A DNA stretch of 64,000 bases from contig CBDBLV010000005.1 of the NCBI GenBank assembly GCA_965207225.1, positions 704,001-768,000 on the forward strand, read 5' to 3'. Position numbers and translations under genes: made by a program. Below the pieces are notes generated by a model. That model worked only from the letters and a program-made list of their open reading frames with translations. It was not told where the DNA came from and did no database searches. Source of the stretch: Dehalococcoidia bacterium. GTDB taxonomy: Bacteria; Chloroflexota; Dehalococcoidia; Plut-88900. Shown one piece after another: positions 25,009 through 34,102 of this stretch; position 1 is the stretch's first letter; each line of letters begins with the position of its first letter.

Positions 25009-26679
25009 ATGGCTAGCTTGAACAACACCCCCGATTTCGACGCGGTAGTAATCGGGGCCGGGTTCTCGGGGATGGGGATGCTCCGACGCCTCAGGGATGA
25101 CATGGGAATGTCTGTCCAGGTCTATGAGACAGCCACCGGAGTCGGAGGAACGTGGTACTGGAACCGGTATCCCGGGGCCCGTTGTGACTCAGAAAGCTAC
25201 ACCTACTGCTTCACCTTCTCTAAAGAGCTGCTCCAGGAATGGAGTTGGAGTGGCAGATACCCCGAACAGCCCGAGATCCTGACCTACCTCAATTACGTCG
25301 CAGACCGCTTTGACCTCCGCCGAAATATCAAGTTCAACACTAAGGTTACCTCCGCAACATTCCTTGAAGACAGGAATTTATGGGAGATTGAGACTGACCA
25401 GGGCGACAAAGTCACCGCCCGGTACTTCATAACGGGCATAGGGTGCATATCTACCGGCAACATCCCCAAGATAAAGGGTCTCGACTCCTTCGAAGGAGAC
25501 TGGTATCACACTGGCAACTGGCCTCACCATCCGGTCGATTTCTCCGACAAGCGAGTTGCCGTGATAGGCACCGGCTCCAGTGGTGTGCAGTCAATACCCG
25601 TGATAGCCGAACAGGCGGGCCACCTCACCGTATTCCAACGCACACCCCAATTCACTGTTCCCGCCCGGCACGGTGCCATAGACCGTAAGTTTATCGAGGA
25701 AGAGGTTAAGCCCAACTACGACGCCATCATCGAACGAGGAAAATGGACCAACGGCGGATCACCCATGACACCCGACTCCGGCTCCGCCTTGTCCCTTACC
25801 GAAGAGGAGCGCAACAGAGTATTCGAGAAATTCTGGGCCATAGGTGGCAACCACTTCATCTATGGCTCATTCGACGACATCCATAGCGACAGAGATGCTA
25901 ACGACATCGTCGCCGACTTCATCCGCTCCAAGATTCGTGAGACGGTTAAGGACCCCGAGACCGCTCAGAAACTCCTCCCCCTTGACCACCCTTACGGATC
26001 GAAGCGGGCTCTCATGGACACCAACTACTTCGAAACTTACAACCGGGACAACGTCGACCTCGTGGACCTGCGCCAGACCCCTATCGAGGAGATAACCCCA
26101 ACAGGCATACGGACGTCGGAACAGGAATTCGACTTCGATATCATCGTCTTCGCCACCGGCTTCGACGCCATGACTGGCACCTTCATGAAAATCGACATCC
26201 GGGGACGCAACGGCCTGACCCTTCGCGAAAAATGGGCCGAGGGCCCGAAAACATACCTTGGTTTACAGGTGGCAGGCTTCCCCAATATGTTCATGCTCAC
26301 GGGCCCCGGCAGCCCCTCCGTACTCTGCAATATGCCGGTATGCATTGAGCAGCACATAGACTGGACCGGAGACTTCATAGGCTGGATGCGGGAACATAAT
26401 CTGGATACCGCGGAAGCCACCCCCCTGGCCGAGGAAGAATGGGGCGCTCACGTCAATGAGGAGGCCGAAAAGACTCTCTTTGTCTATGCCAACTCCTGGT
26501 ACCTGGGGGCCAACATACCCGGAAAGCCCCGCGTGTTCATGCCCTACGCAGGTGGGCAAGGCAAATACCGCAAGAAATGCAACGAGGTGGCGCAAAACGG
26601 TTATGACGGATTCGTGCTCGGGCCAGCTGCGGGACAAGATCGACCCCTTCACGAAAAAGAGACGGTGATAACGGGATGA
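25009..26679 (+). CDS. Type I Baeyer-Villiger monooxygenase (copy 1)
   Basis: GAGFSG, GGTWYWNRYPGARCD, FxGxxxHxxxW (FEGDWYHTGNW), GTGSSG, ATGFD. Confidence 0.95.
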   Translation: MASLNNTPDFDAVVIGAGFSGMGMLRRLRDDMGMSVQVYETATGVGGTWYWNRYPGARCDSESYTYCFTFSKELLQEWSWSGRYPEQPEILTYLNYVADRFDLRRNIKFNTKVTSATFLEDRNLWEIETDQGDKVTARYFITGIGCISTGNIPKIKGLDSFEGDWYHTGNWPHHPVDFSDKRVAVIGTGSSGVQSIPVIAEQAGHLTVFQRTPQFTVPARHGAIDRKFIEEEVKPNYDAIIERGKWTNGGSPMTPDSGSALSLTEEERNRVFEKFWAIGGNHFIYGSFDDIHSDRDANDIVADFIRSKIRETVKDPETAQKLLPLDHPYGSKRALMDTNYFETYNRDNVDLVDLRQTPIEEITPTGIRTSEQEFDFDIIVFATGFDAMTGTFMKIDIRGRNGLTLREKWAEGPKTYLGLQVAGFPNMFMLTGPGSPSVLCNMPVCIEQHIDWTGDFIGWMREHNLDTAEATPLAEEEWGAHVNEEAEKTLFVYANSWYLGANIPGKPRVFMPYAGGQGKYRKKCNEVAQNGYDGFVLGPAAGQDRPLHEKETVITG

Positions 26680-26783
26680 ATCGGGTTTCCTAAACCGTCC
26701 TCACCCCGAATCTCCGTCGAGCAACTACGGGAGAGTCCAACTCTCCCATATTTGTTGTCATCGAAGCCAAGCGTATACACCCG

Positions 26784-26811
26784 ACCAAATCCTTTGCTGG
26801 TACAATGGCCC
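26784..26811 (+). promoter_or_regulatory. Extended -10 promoter, BVMO copy 2
   Basis: ACCAAATCCTTTGCTGGTACAATGGCCC, near-identical to the copy 1 upstream element. Confidence 0.6.
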
Positions 26812-26871
26812 GTGTCCCGGAGATGTGTAGCCGGGAGCGGATCGAAGATGCTGAGTCGCAGGGGGAGTCGT

Positions 26872-28518
26872 ATGACGAGCTTTGACAATGGTGGCGATTT
26901 TGACGTAGTTGTGATCGGTGCTGGGTTCTCGGGATTGGGGATGCTGCGACGGCTCAGGGACGAGTCAGGCATGTCCGTCCAGATTTACGAAGCGGGTACC
27001 GGCGTCGGCGGCACCTGGTACTGGAACCGTTATCCAGGCGCCCGCTGCGACTCCGAAAGTTACACATATTGCTTCACCTTCTCCAAAGAGCTCCTCCACG
27101 ATTGGCAATGGAGCGGAAAGTACCCGGAGCAGCCCGAAATCCTCACTTACCTCAACCACGTCGCCGACCGCTTTGACCTCCGGCGTAACATCCAGTTCGA
27201 GACCCGCGTCACCTCCGCAACTTTTTTGGAGGACAGAAACCTCTGGCAGATAGAGACCGACCGGGGAGATAAAGTCACCGCCCGATACTTCATCACCGGT
27301 ATCGGCTGCATTTCCACGGGCAACATCCCCAAGATCAAGGGCCTCGACTCCTTCGAAGGCAACTGGTATCACACTGGCGGCTGGCCCCACCATCCCGTCG
27401 ACTTCACCGGCAAGCGTGTAGCAGTCATTGGCACCGGGTCCAGCGGTGTCCAGTCAATCCCCGTCATTGCCGCTCAGGCTAAGCACCTCACCGTGTTCCA
27501 GCGCACCCCCCAGTTCACCGTCCCCGCCCGACACGCTTCCATCGACACCCGCTTCATCGAAGAGGAGGTCAAACCCCACTACGATGAGATCATCGAGAGA
27601 ATGAAGTGGGCCCACGGTGGCACTCCCCAGATACCCATGGGTCGTTCCGCGTTGAATTTCTCGGAAGAAGATCGACGGGCTATCTACGAAAAGGCTTGGG
27701 CCGCCGGCGGTAACGACTTCGTCTACGGCTCCTTCGGCGATGTCATGACCAACAAGGACGCCAACGACACGGCATCCGATTTTATCCGCTCCAAGATCAG
27801 GGAAACGGTGAACGACCCCGAGACCGTTGAAAAGCTCCTGCCCCTGGACCACCCCTACGGCTCCAAGCGCGCCCTCATGGACACCAACTACTTCGAGACC
27901 TACAACCGCGACAACGTCTACCTCGTCGACCTCCGCCGGACCCCCATTCAGGAAATCACCCCCAGGGGCATACGCACCTCCGAGAAGGAGTTTGAGTTCG
28001 ACGCCATAGTCTTTGCCACCGGCTTCGACGCCATGACCGGCACCTTCATGAAGATCGACATCCAGGGCCGAGACGGCATCACCCTCAAAGACAAATGGGC
28101 CGAGGGCCCGAAGACTTACCTCGGTCTCCAGGTCGCCGGGTTCCCCAACATGTTCATGCTCACCGGCCCCGGCAGCCCCTCCGTGCTCACCAACATGCCC
28201 GTCGCCATCGAGCAGCACATTGAATGGGTCGCCGACTTCATAGACTGGATGCGAGACAGAGACCTCGAGACCGCAGAACCCGATCCCCAGGCAGAAAAGG
28301 ACTGGGATGTCCACGTCCAGGAGGAAGCCAACAAGACCCTCTATATGCAAGCCAACTCCTGGTACCTCGGCGCCAACATTCCCGGCAAGCCCCGTGTCTT
28401 CATGCCTTATACCGGTGGCATGGGAACCTACCGCAAACGCTGCAACGAGATCGCCGAGAACGGCTACGAGGGGTTCATCCTCGATGCAGTGCCGACCAAA
28501 AGTGCAGCTGTTGGATAG
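26872..28518 (+). CDS. Type I Baeyer-Villiger monooxygenase (copy 2; start moved to ATG 26872)
   Basis: Same fingerprints (FEGNWYHTGGW); collinear with copy 1; SD GGGGAG before MTSFD. Confidence 0.95.
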   Translation: MTSFDNGGDFDVVVIGAGFSGLGMLRRLRDESGMSVQIYEAGTGVGGTWYWNRYPGARCDSESYTYCFTFSKELLHDWQWSGKYPEQPEILTYLNHVADRFDLRRNIQFETRVTSATFLEDRNLWQIETDRGDKVTARYFITGIGCISTGNIPKIKGLDSFEGNWYHTGGWPHHPVDFTGKRVAVIGTGSSGVQSIPVIAAQAKHLTVFQRTPQFTVPARHASIDTRFIEEEVKPHYDEIIERMKWAHGGTPQIPMGRSALNFSEEDRRAIYEKAWAAGGNDFVYGSFGDVMTNKDANDTASDFIRSKIRETVNDPETVEKLLPLDHPYGSKRALMDTNYFETYNRDNVYLVDLRRTPIQEITPRGIRTSEKEFEFDAIVFATGFDAMTGTFMKIDIQGRDGITLKDKWAEGPKTYLGLQVAGFPNMFMLTGPGSPSVLTNMPVAIEQHIEWVADFIDWMRDRDLETAEPDPQAEKDWDVHVQEEANKTLYMQANSWYLGANIPGKPRVFMPYTGGMGTYRKRCNEIAENGYEGFILDAVPTKSAAVG

Positions 28519-28690
28519 CGCTCAGTGAAAGAGCGCGAGTTCAGAAATCAGGAGCTCGGGGGCCGACACCCCGCCGCCTGCACCTGCGCTAGCTGCACCC
28601 GACGCCGACTCCAAAAAATCGAAAGTGGCGGCAACCCACTGAAGAAAGTCCTGGACTTCCTGCTCCGCAGGCGCGGATAATGCCCGGCCC

Positions 28691-29605
28691 ATGAACGACA
28701 CTGTCATCCAGACCAGAGACCTCACCAAGGCCTACGGCTCCATAGTCGCCGTCAACAAGCTCTCCATGGAAGTGCCCCGAGGCCGTATCTTTGGCCTCCT
28801 GGGCCCCAACGGCTCCGGCAAGACCACAACCCTCAGCATCCTCCTCGGCCTCACCAGCCAGACCTCCGGCAGTTTCAACCTCTTCAATGATAGTGCCACC
28901 CATACTGATGCCCTCCACCGCATCGGCGCAATCGTCGAGACCCCCGCCTTCTACCCCTACCTGTCCGGCCGCAACAACCTGGCCTACTTCCAGGCCATCT
29001 CTGCTAAGGGCGACCGCCAAGAGCTAGACCGGCTCCTCGACACCGTCGGCCTTGGCACCCGCGCCAACGATAAATTCCACACCTACTCCCTCGGCATGAA
29101 GCAGCGCCTCGGCCTAGCCTACGCCCTCCTCGGTGACCCCGAGGTCCTCATCCTGGACGAACCCACCAACGGCATGGACCCCGCAGGCATGGCGGAAATC
29201 CGTGACCTCATCCGCCGGCTCGGCACTGGTGGCCGCACCGTCCTCCTCTCCAGCCACCTCCTCCACGAAGTCGAGGCCGTCTGCGACAGCGTTGCAATCC
29301 TCTCCAAGGGCAAGCTCATCGCCCAGGGAGACGTTTCCGAGCTGCTCAGCGCAGGCGCTCAGGTCCAGTTCCGCACCACCGATGACGCTAAGGCCAAAGA
29401 AGTGCTTTCAGCAGTGGACTGGATCAAGGGGCTTGAAGAAGAAGAGGGCTACCTGGTAGCCAACGCCCCTAGCGAACGATCGGGAGAGCTGACCGCAGCC
29501 CTCAGCGGTACGGGCGTATACGTCACCGAGATGCGACCCCGCTCCAAGACCCTCGAACAATACTTCCTCGAAGTCACCGGCGAGACGGACGGAGAGCTGT
29601 CTTGA
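28691..29605 (+). CDS. ABC exporter ATP-binding protein (BcrA-like)
   Basis: GPNGSGKT, YSLGMKQR, LDEPTNGMDP, SSHLL. Confidence 0.93.
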   Translation: MNDTVIQTRDLTKAYGSIVAVNKLSMEVPRGRIFGLLGPNGSGKTTTLSILLGLTSQTSGSFNLFNDSATHTDALHRIGAIVETPAFYPYLSGRNNLAYFQAISAKGDRQELDRLLDTVGLGTRANDKFHTYSLGMKQRLGLAYALLGDPEVLILDEPTNGMDPAGMAEIRDLIRRLGTGGRTVLLSSHLLHEVEAVCDSVAILSKGKLIAQGDVSELLSAGAQVQFRTTDDAKAKEVLSAVDWIKGLEEEEGYLVANAPSERSGELTAALSGTGVYVTEMRPRSKTLEQYFLEVTGETDGELS

Positions 29606-30456
29606 TACTCCACCTTCTCTCCCTGATGCGATGGGAGTGGTTCAAACTGCGGCGCAGGTGGATCCCCTGGGTATTGCTCGGGATTTTCGCTGTCTTCACC
29701 CAAATGCTCGTTTGGATAGGCTACCTCGTCTTTCGCTCCGAAGGCGAAGTGGGGGCTCAGGAACTCTTCCTTCTCCCCGGTAGCGTGACCCTCGGCATCG
29801 GCTCCATGTTTGGCATCGCAATAGTTTTGATGGTGACGCTGTCCTCGTCCGTGGTGGGGACCGAGTACGGATGGGGCACTCTGCGCACCGTCATCGCCCG
29901 TGGCCCGGGCCGCTGGCCCTTCCTTCTTGCCAAATTCTGCGTCGTCGCTTTGGCAGGCCTGGCAGCTCTGGTAGTTGTCGCGGTCTTTATCGGAATCGGT
30001 AGCATAGTCACCACGGGCCTCTCGGAGAATAGCAGCGAGTTGACCTCATCCGGAGAGTGGTCTGAGGCTGTCCTTACCATCCTTAAAGCAGCCTACGTGT
30101 TGATTCCCTATGCCTTGCTTGCCGCTGCCCTCACCGTCCTCACCTCTTCGGCGACGGTCGGTCTCGCCATCACCGTGGGATACCACATCGCAGAGCAAAT
30201 CGTTGTGCCAATCCTCATAATCTTTGTGGACGGCTTCGACACCATAGCCGGCTTTACGCTGGGAATAAGCGCCAACACCCTCGTTAGCCAGGGTGGGGCT
30301 CAGGACTTCATATTCCTCGTCACGACCATCGCCGGAGGCGAACTGCCCGGCACCACCCAAGCATTCCTGGTCCTCCTGGCCTACAGCGTAATTTTCGCTG
30401 GCTTGGCTCTCTGGCTATTCCAAAGACGGGACATCACCGGCGCCAAGGGCACCTAG
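29602..30456 (+). CDS. ABC-2 type permease
   Basis: EWFKLRR, EYGWGTLR, FQRRDI; ~6 TM segments; overlaps the ATPase stop. Confidence 0.9.
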   Translation: MILHLLSLMRWEWFKLRRRWIPWVLLGIFAVFTQMLVWIGYLVFRSEGEVGAQELFLLPGSVTLGIGSMFGIAIVLMVTLSSSVVGTEYGWGTLRTVIARGPGRWPFLLAKFCVVALAGLAALVVVAVFIGIGSIVTTGLSENSSELTSSGEWSEAVLTILKAAYVLIPYALLAAALTVLTSSATVGLAITVGYHIAEQIVVPILIIFVDGFDTIAGFTLGISANTLVSQGGAQDFIFLVTTIAGGELPGTTQAFLVLLAYSVIFAGLALWLFQRRDITGAKGT

Positions 30457-30525
30457 CCCCGCCCTATCCCCAATGGAGTTGGGAGGGGCCGCTCATGCTG
30501 AGATCCGTCGAAGTATGAGCGGAAG

Positions 30526-32007
30526 CTAGCCGGCCATTGCGCTCGTAGCCGCCCCCCGCCCCGCTATCCTCCCGAACACCGACCCCGCCATCAGCCCCGA
30601 CCCACCGGCATAGTTGTGGTAAAACAGCCCGCCCACCAGCTCGCCCGCCGCGTACAGGCCGGGGATCGGCGCGTCCTCCGTGTCCAATACCTGCGCCTCC
30701 GGCGAGATCTTCAACCCCCCGAACGTGAACGTAATCCCACAAGTCACTGCATAGCCAACGTAGGGCGGAGAGTCCAGCCTTTGCGCCCAGTTCGACTTCG
30801 GCGGCTCGACTCCAACCGTCCCCTTTCCATCCAGCACCGCCGGATTGAACTCTCCCTCCATCACACAGGAATTGAACTTGCCCACAGTCTCTACAAGGTT
30901 TCCGCCGTTAATCCCCAGGGCCTCGGCCAGCCCCGCAATCGAGTTTGACTCAGCCTTCGTCACCCGGGAGAAATAGTATTCGTCCCTCAGCTTCTCCGAC
31001 ACCTTCGCATCAAAAATCTGGAACGCCGCCCGGTGGGGCTGCTTCAGTATCTCCCGGCCGTACTTGGCATACGTGAAGTTCCGGATGTCCGCGCCCTCGT
31101 CTAGGAAGCGTTTCCCTTCTGTATTCACCACTATCCCCAGCGGGTATGAGTGCTTCTGGAACAGGTCCGCCACGTTCCGGTCCCCGAAAGTCGGGGCATT
31201 CAGGTCCCACGCCACCGCATGACACGAGCTCCAGTGCCCGTAAGGCTGCGCCCCGATATCCAGCGCCATCCGGATCCCGTCCCCCGTGTTAAACCGTGTG
31301 CCCCGTACCTTCGCCAGTTCCCACCCGGGCCCCAGGTACCGGGTCCGCATCTCCGGGTTCGACTCGAAGCCCCCGCACGCCAGCACTACCGCCCCCGCCT
31401 CCATGTCACGCAACCCATCCTCCGTCCGCACCGACACCCCCGTCACCCGACCCGACTCATCCGTCAGCAACCCCCTGACCTTGGCCCCGTACAATACCTC
31501 TACCCCCCTCGCCTCCGCCATATTGAACAGCTCGTCCACCAGCCCCTTTCCTCCCCCCACAGCCTCCGTGATCAGGCCTCCGTAGAATTGCTGCTTCCCC
31601 CCGACCTCGAAAGACTGCCGACCGTACATCAACACGTAACGCAGCCCTTGCTCCCTTATCCAGTGCACCGTCGGGTGGGCCTCCGAGACCAGCGTCTGCA
31701 GTAGGTCCGCATCCGATAGCCCCTCCGTCACCCGCATGATGTCTTCGTACATCCTGGACTGCGGGTAGGACCCTATCTCGATCGACGCAGCTTCCTCGTC
31801 ATTCATCTCGGGAATTAACGCCCTGATGTCCTCCAATCCCTGGTAGGGGAACCGGAACCCGCCGCCCGTGAAATAGGAGTTTCCTCCGCGCAGGTGTTCC
31901 GGGGCCTTTTCCAGCACCAGCACCCGGACTCCCTGCTCCCTCGCCGAAAGCGCGGCGCACAGTGCCGCATTACCCGCTCCAACTACTATTACGTCTGCAT
32001 CTCTCAA
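30526..32007 (-). CDS. FAD-dependent tricarballylate dehydrogenase TcuA-like flavoprotein
   Basis: VGAGNAALCAALSA, RGGNSYFT, GGFESN, RFLDEG, GITFTFGGL, NYAGGSGL. Confidence 0.85.
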   Translation of the reverse strand: MRDADVIVVGAGNAALCAALSAREQGVRVLVLEKAPEHLRGGNSYFTGGGFRFPYQGLEDIRALIPEMNDEEAASIEIGSYPQSRMYEDIMRVTEGLSDADLLQTLVSEAHPTVHWIREQGLRYVLMYGRQSFEVGGKQQFYGGLITEAVGGGKGLVDELFNMAEARGVEVLYGAKVRGLLTDESGRVTGVSVRTEDGLRDMEAGAVVLACGGFESNPEMRTRYLGPGWELAKVRGTRFNTGDGIRMALDIGAQPYGHWSSCHAVAWDLNAPTFGDRNVADLFQKHSYPLGIVVNTEGKRFLDEGADIRNFTYAKYGREILKQPHRAAFQIFDAKVSEKLRDEYYFSRVTKAESNSIAGLAEALGINGGNLVETVGKFNSCVMEGEFNPAVLDGKGTVGVEPPKSNWAQRLDSPPYVGYAVTCGITFTFGGLKISPEAQVLDTEDAPIPGLYAAGELVGGLFYHNYAGGSGLMAGSVFGRIAGRGAATSAMAG

Positions 32008-32084
32008 GCCTTCATCTCCTGCTAACTACTACGCCGCCCCGTGCCCCGGAGCGGCGTAGATTGCGAAACCTCTTGATTGCGGGA

Positions 32085-33254
32085 TTACTGCCTCGGCAGC
32101 CCCAGCCCCCGGGTCGCTATGATGTTCCGCTGGATCTCCGACGTCCCGCTCTGGATAGTGTCGGAGATGCTCTTCAGGTAGTTGTTCTCTATCCAGCCGT
32201 GGGAAGGAGCATTGGCCGACGCCGGCGTAAGCTGGCCGTGCAACCCCAGGATCTGCATGCTCGCCTGCATGATCCGTTGCTCTATCTCCGTCCCGAACGC
32301 CTTGCCCATAGAGGCTTCCTTGTTCGGCACCTCTCCCTTGGACTGTATGTAGGCTATCTGGTAGGAAAGCATGTAGGACAGCTCGACGTTGATCGCCATC
32401 TCCGCTAGCTTGTTGCGCACCACGGGCAGGTCGATGAGGTTCTTGCCGTTGGCCTTCGTCTCACTGGCGAACCTGCGGGTCTCGTCCAGCGCCCGACGCG
32501 CCACCGCCGCATACTCAACTCCCGACCTTTCGAAGTCCAGCAGCGTCATCCCGGCATACCAGCCCCGGTTCACCTCCGCCACCACGTTCCCCTTCGGCAC
32601 CCTGACGTTGTCGAAGAACGTCTCGTTGAAGTGGTGTCCGCCCGTCATGTCCACAATCGGCCTCACCGAGACCCCCGGCGTCTTCATGTCCGCCAGGAAC
32701 ATGGTGATGCCCCTATGCTTGGGAGCTTCCGGGTCCGTGCGGGCCAGCAGGAGGATCCAGTCGGCCACGTGCGCCTGGGATGTCCATATCTTCTGCCCGT
32801 TTATCACCCACTCGTCGCCTTCCAGCACTGCCCGAGTCTGCAGTGACGCCAGGTCAGATCCCGACTCCGGCTCCGAGTAGCCCTGTGCCCACACCACTTC
32901 ACCCCGTGCGATTCCGCCGATGTGCTCCTTCTTCTGTTCCTCCGTTCCGTGCACCATGATGGCCGGCCCGATGTACCCGATGCCCTCACCGTCCCGGCCG
33001 GGGGCGTGAGCGTAGGACCACTCGTCGGTGAAGATCACCTGCTGCATCACCGAGGCGTCGGAGCCGCCATATTCTTTAGGCCAGGAGAGCGCCAGCCAAC
33101 CCTTATCGGCCAGCTTCTTACGCATGCCCATTTCCACGGCATGGGCCTCTTCGCTGCCGGGGACCAGGTCCGGGTCTTCCTTCCATTCCGCCGCAAGGAA
33201 GTCCTTGACCTCCTGCCTGAATGCCTGCTCTTCCGCGGTGAATTGAAATCGCAT
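32085..33254 (-). CDS. Acyl-CoA dehydrogenase (FadE-like)
   Basis: QGYSEPESGSDLASL, NGQKIWTS, FNETFFDNV, GTSEIQR. Confidence 0.93.
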   Translation of the reverse strand: MRFQFTAEEQAFRQEVKDFLAAEWKEDPDLVPGSEEAHAVEMGMRKKLADKGWLALSWPKEYGGSDASVMQQVIFTDEWSYAHAPGRDGEGIGYIGPAIMVHGTEEQKKEHIGGIARGEVVWAQGYSEPESGSDLASLQTRAVLEGDEWVINGQKIWTSQAHVADWILLLARTDPEAPKHRGITMFLADMKTPGVSVRPIVDMTGGHHFNETFFDNVRVPKGNVVAEVNRGWYAGMTLLDFERSGVEYAAVARRALDETRRFASETKANGKNLIDLPVVRNKLAEMAINVELSYMLSYQIAYIQSKGEVPNKEASMGKAFGTEIEQRIMQASMQILGLHGQLTPASANAPSHGWIENNYLKSISDTIQSGTSEIQRNIIATRGLGLPRQ

Positions 33255-33359
33255 CTATATCCTCCTGGCTTTGGGGAACAAGCCCAATCATAGCGGCATG
33301 GGACATACTCGACAAGCCTGGATGTAAGTAGCTTCTAATGCCCACCCCCCGACTCCCCT

Positions 33360-33386
33360 GTCATTCCGATACCCCGCGAGGAATCT
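33360..33386. repeat. GTCATT-type REP-like element
   Basis: GTCATTCCGA...GAGGAATCT imperfect palindrome. Confidence 0.45.
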
Positions 33387-33417
33387 GGGGTGGGGTCCAT
33401 CCCCCCAGTACCAAACT

Positions 33418-33464
33418 AGAGGCAGAGGTTGGCGCTTATGCGCCAACCTCTGCCTCTGTTTTTT
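33418..33464 (+). terminator. Perfect 18-bp inverted repeat followed by a T-tract
   Basis: AGAGGCAGAGGTTGGCGC-TTAT-GCGCCAACCTCTGCCTCT-GTTTTTT. Confidence 0.55.
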
Positions 33465-33518
33465 CTCCCCCTCTCCCTTAATGGCCCTAAGGGAGAGGGG
33501 GACCAAGGGGGTGAGGGT
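33465..33518. repeat. CCCTCTCCC...GGGAGAGGG-type REP-like palindrome
   Basis: TCCCCCTCTCCCTTA-atggccc-TAAGGGAGAGGGGGA followed by GGGGGTGAGGG. Confidence 0.6.
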
Positions 33519-33566
33519 TCCCTTGGAGGGGCCAGGGGGATATCCCCCCAAATGTCACACTACCCC

Positions 33567-33595
33567 TTGACATACAAACATTTGAGCTTTATATT
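33567..33595 (+). promoter_or_regulatory. Near-consensus sigma70 promoter with no downstream CDS
   Basis: TTGACA-N17-TATATT. Confidence 0.7.
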
Positions 33596-33710
33596 TGTTC
33601 TAAGTCTAGACCCGACACCAACCTTAAGGAGGAATCGAAAACTCAGGGGAACAACCCCGGCGCCCGGAGGACTCAACGCCCTAGCCCATCCCAATGCCTC
33701 CCCTCTCCCC

Positions 33711-33742
33711 GTAGGGGGCGACCGGCCAATCGCCCCCCTTAC
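33711..33742. repeat. GTAG-type REP-like palindrome
   Basis: GTAGGGGGCGA-ccggccaa-TCGCCCCCCTTAC. Confidence 0.6.
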
Positions 33743-33856
33743 TAGGAGAGCAGGCTGCGGCACAAGCGACAGTCGCCATCTCCTCCACCCCAATCCCGAT
33801 CCATCACATTCCCCTGTCCCCCAGGCGATGGAAAGACGCCCTGGATAGAAGCCACA

Positions 33857-34102
33857 GCGGACCGGCCATTCCCCCGCCGAGAGATCCTCTCGGTGGCTGG
33901 TTAGCAGCGAGCTTACGCTATATCAAGCTAGGGGTGGGACGGACTGGCTATCCCCGCCCGGGACTGGCTCCCGGAGGTTGGCCCGTAGGCGAGCTTACGC
34001 CATATCAAGCAAGGGGAAAGGCGGGCCGGCTCTACCCCGCCGGGACCGGTTCCCGGGGGTCGGCCTGCCGGCGAGCTTGAGCCATATCAAGCGAGGGGTT
34101 TG
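33857..34102 (+). repeat. Three tandem ~82-bp units with conserved secondary structure (candidate ncRNA)
   Basis: GCGAGCTT-x-GC-Y-ATATCAAGC-N-AGGGG at 33907, 33989 and 34071; 33907-33988 vs 33989-34070 match at 63/82 (hand count); compensatory changes in stems. Confidence 0.85.

Noticed and set aside
28620-28670. RNase P RNA (GAAGAAAGTCC)
   Set aside because: The gap is only ~170 bp and other conserved regions are absent.
33576-33600. LexA boxes (GAAC-N4-GTTC) over the orphan promoter
   Set aside because: Both candidates have three mismatches; too weak.
33822-33845. Fluoride riboswitch (GGCGATGG...CGCC)
   Set aside because: The downstream CTRATGA element and any relevant gene are missing.
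33907-34100. CRISPR mini-array (28-bp repeat, 54-bp spacers)
   Set aside because: The 'spacers' are homologous to each other and structured, and there are no cas genes; it is a tandem repeat.
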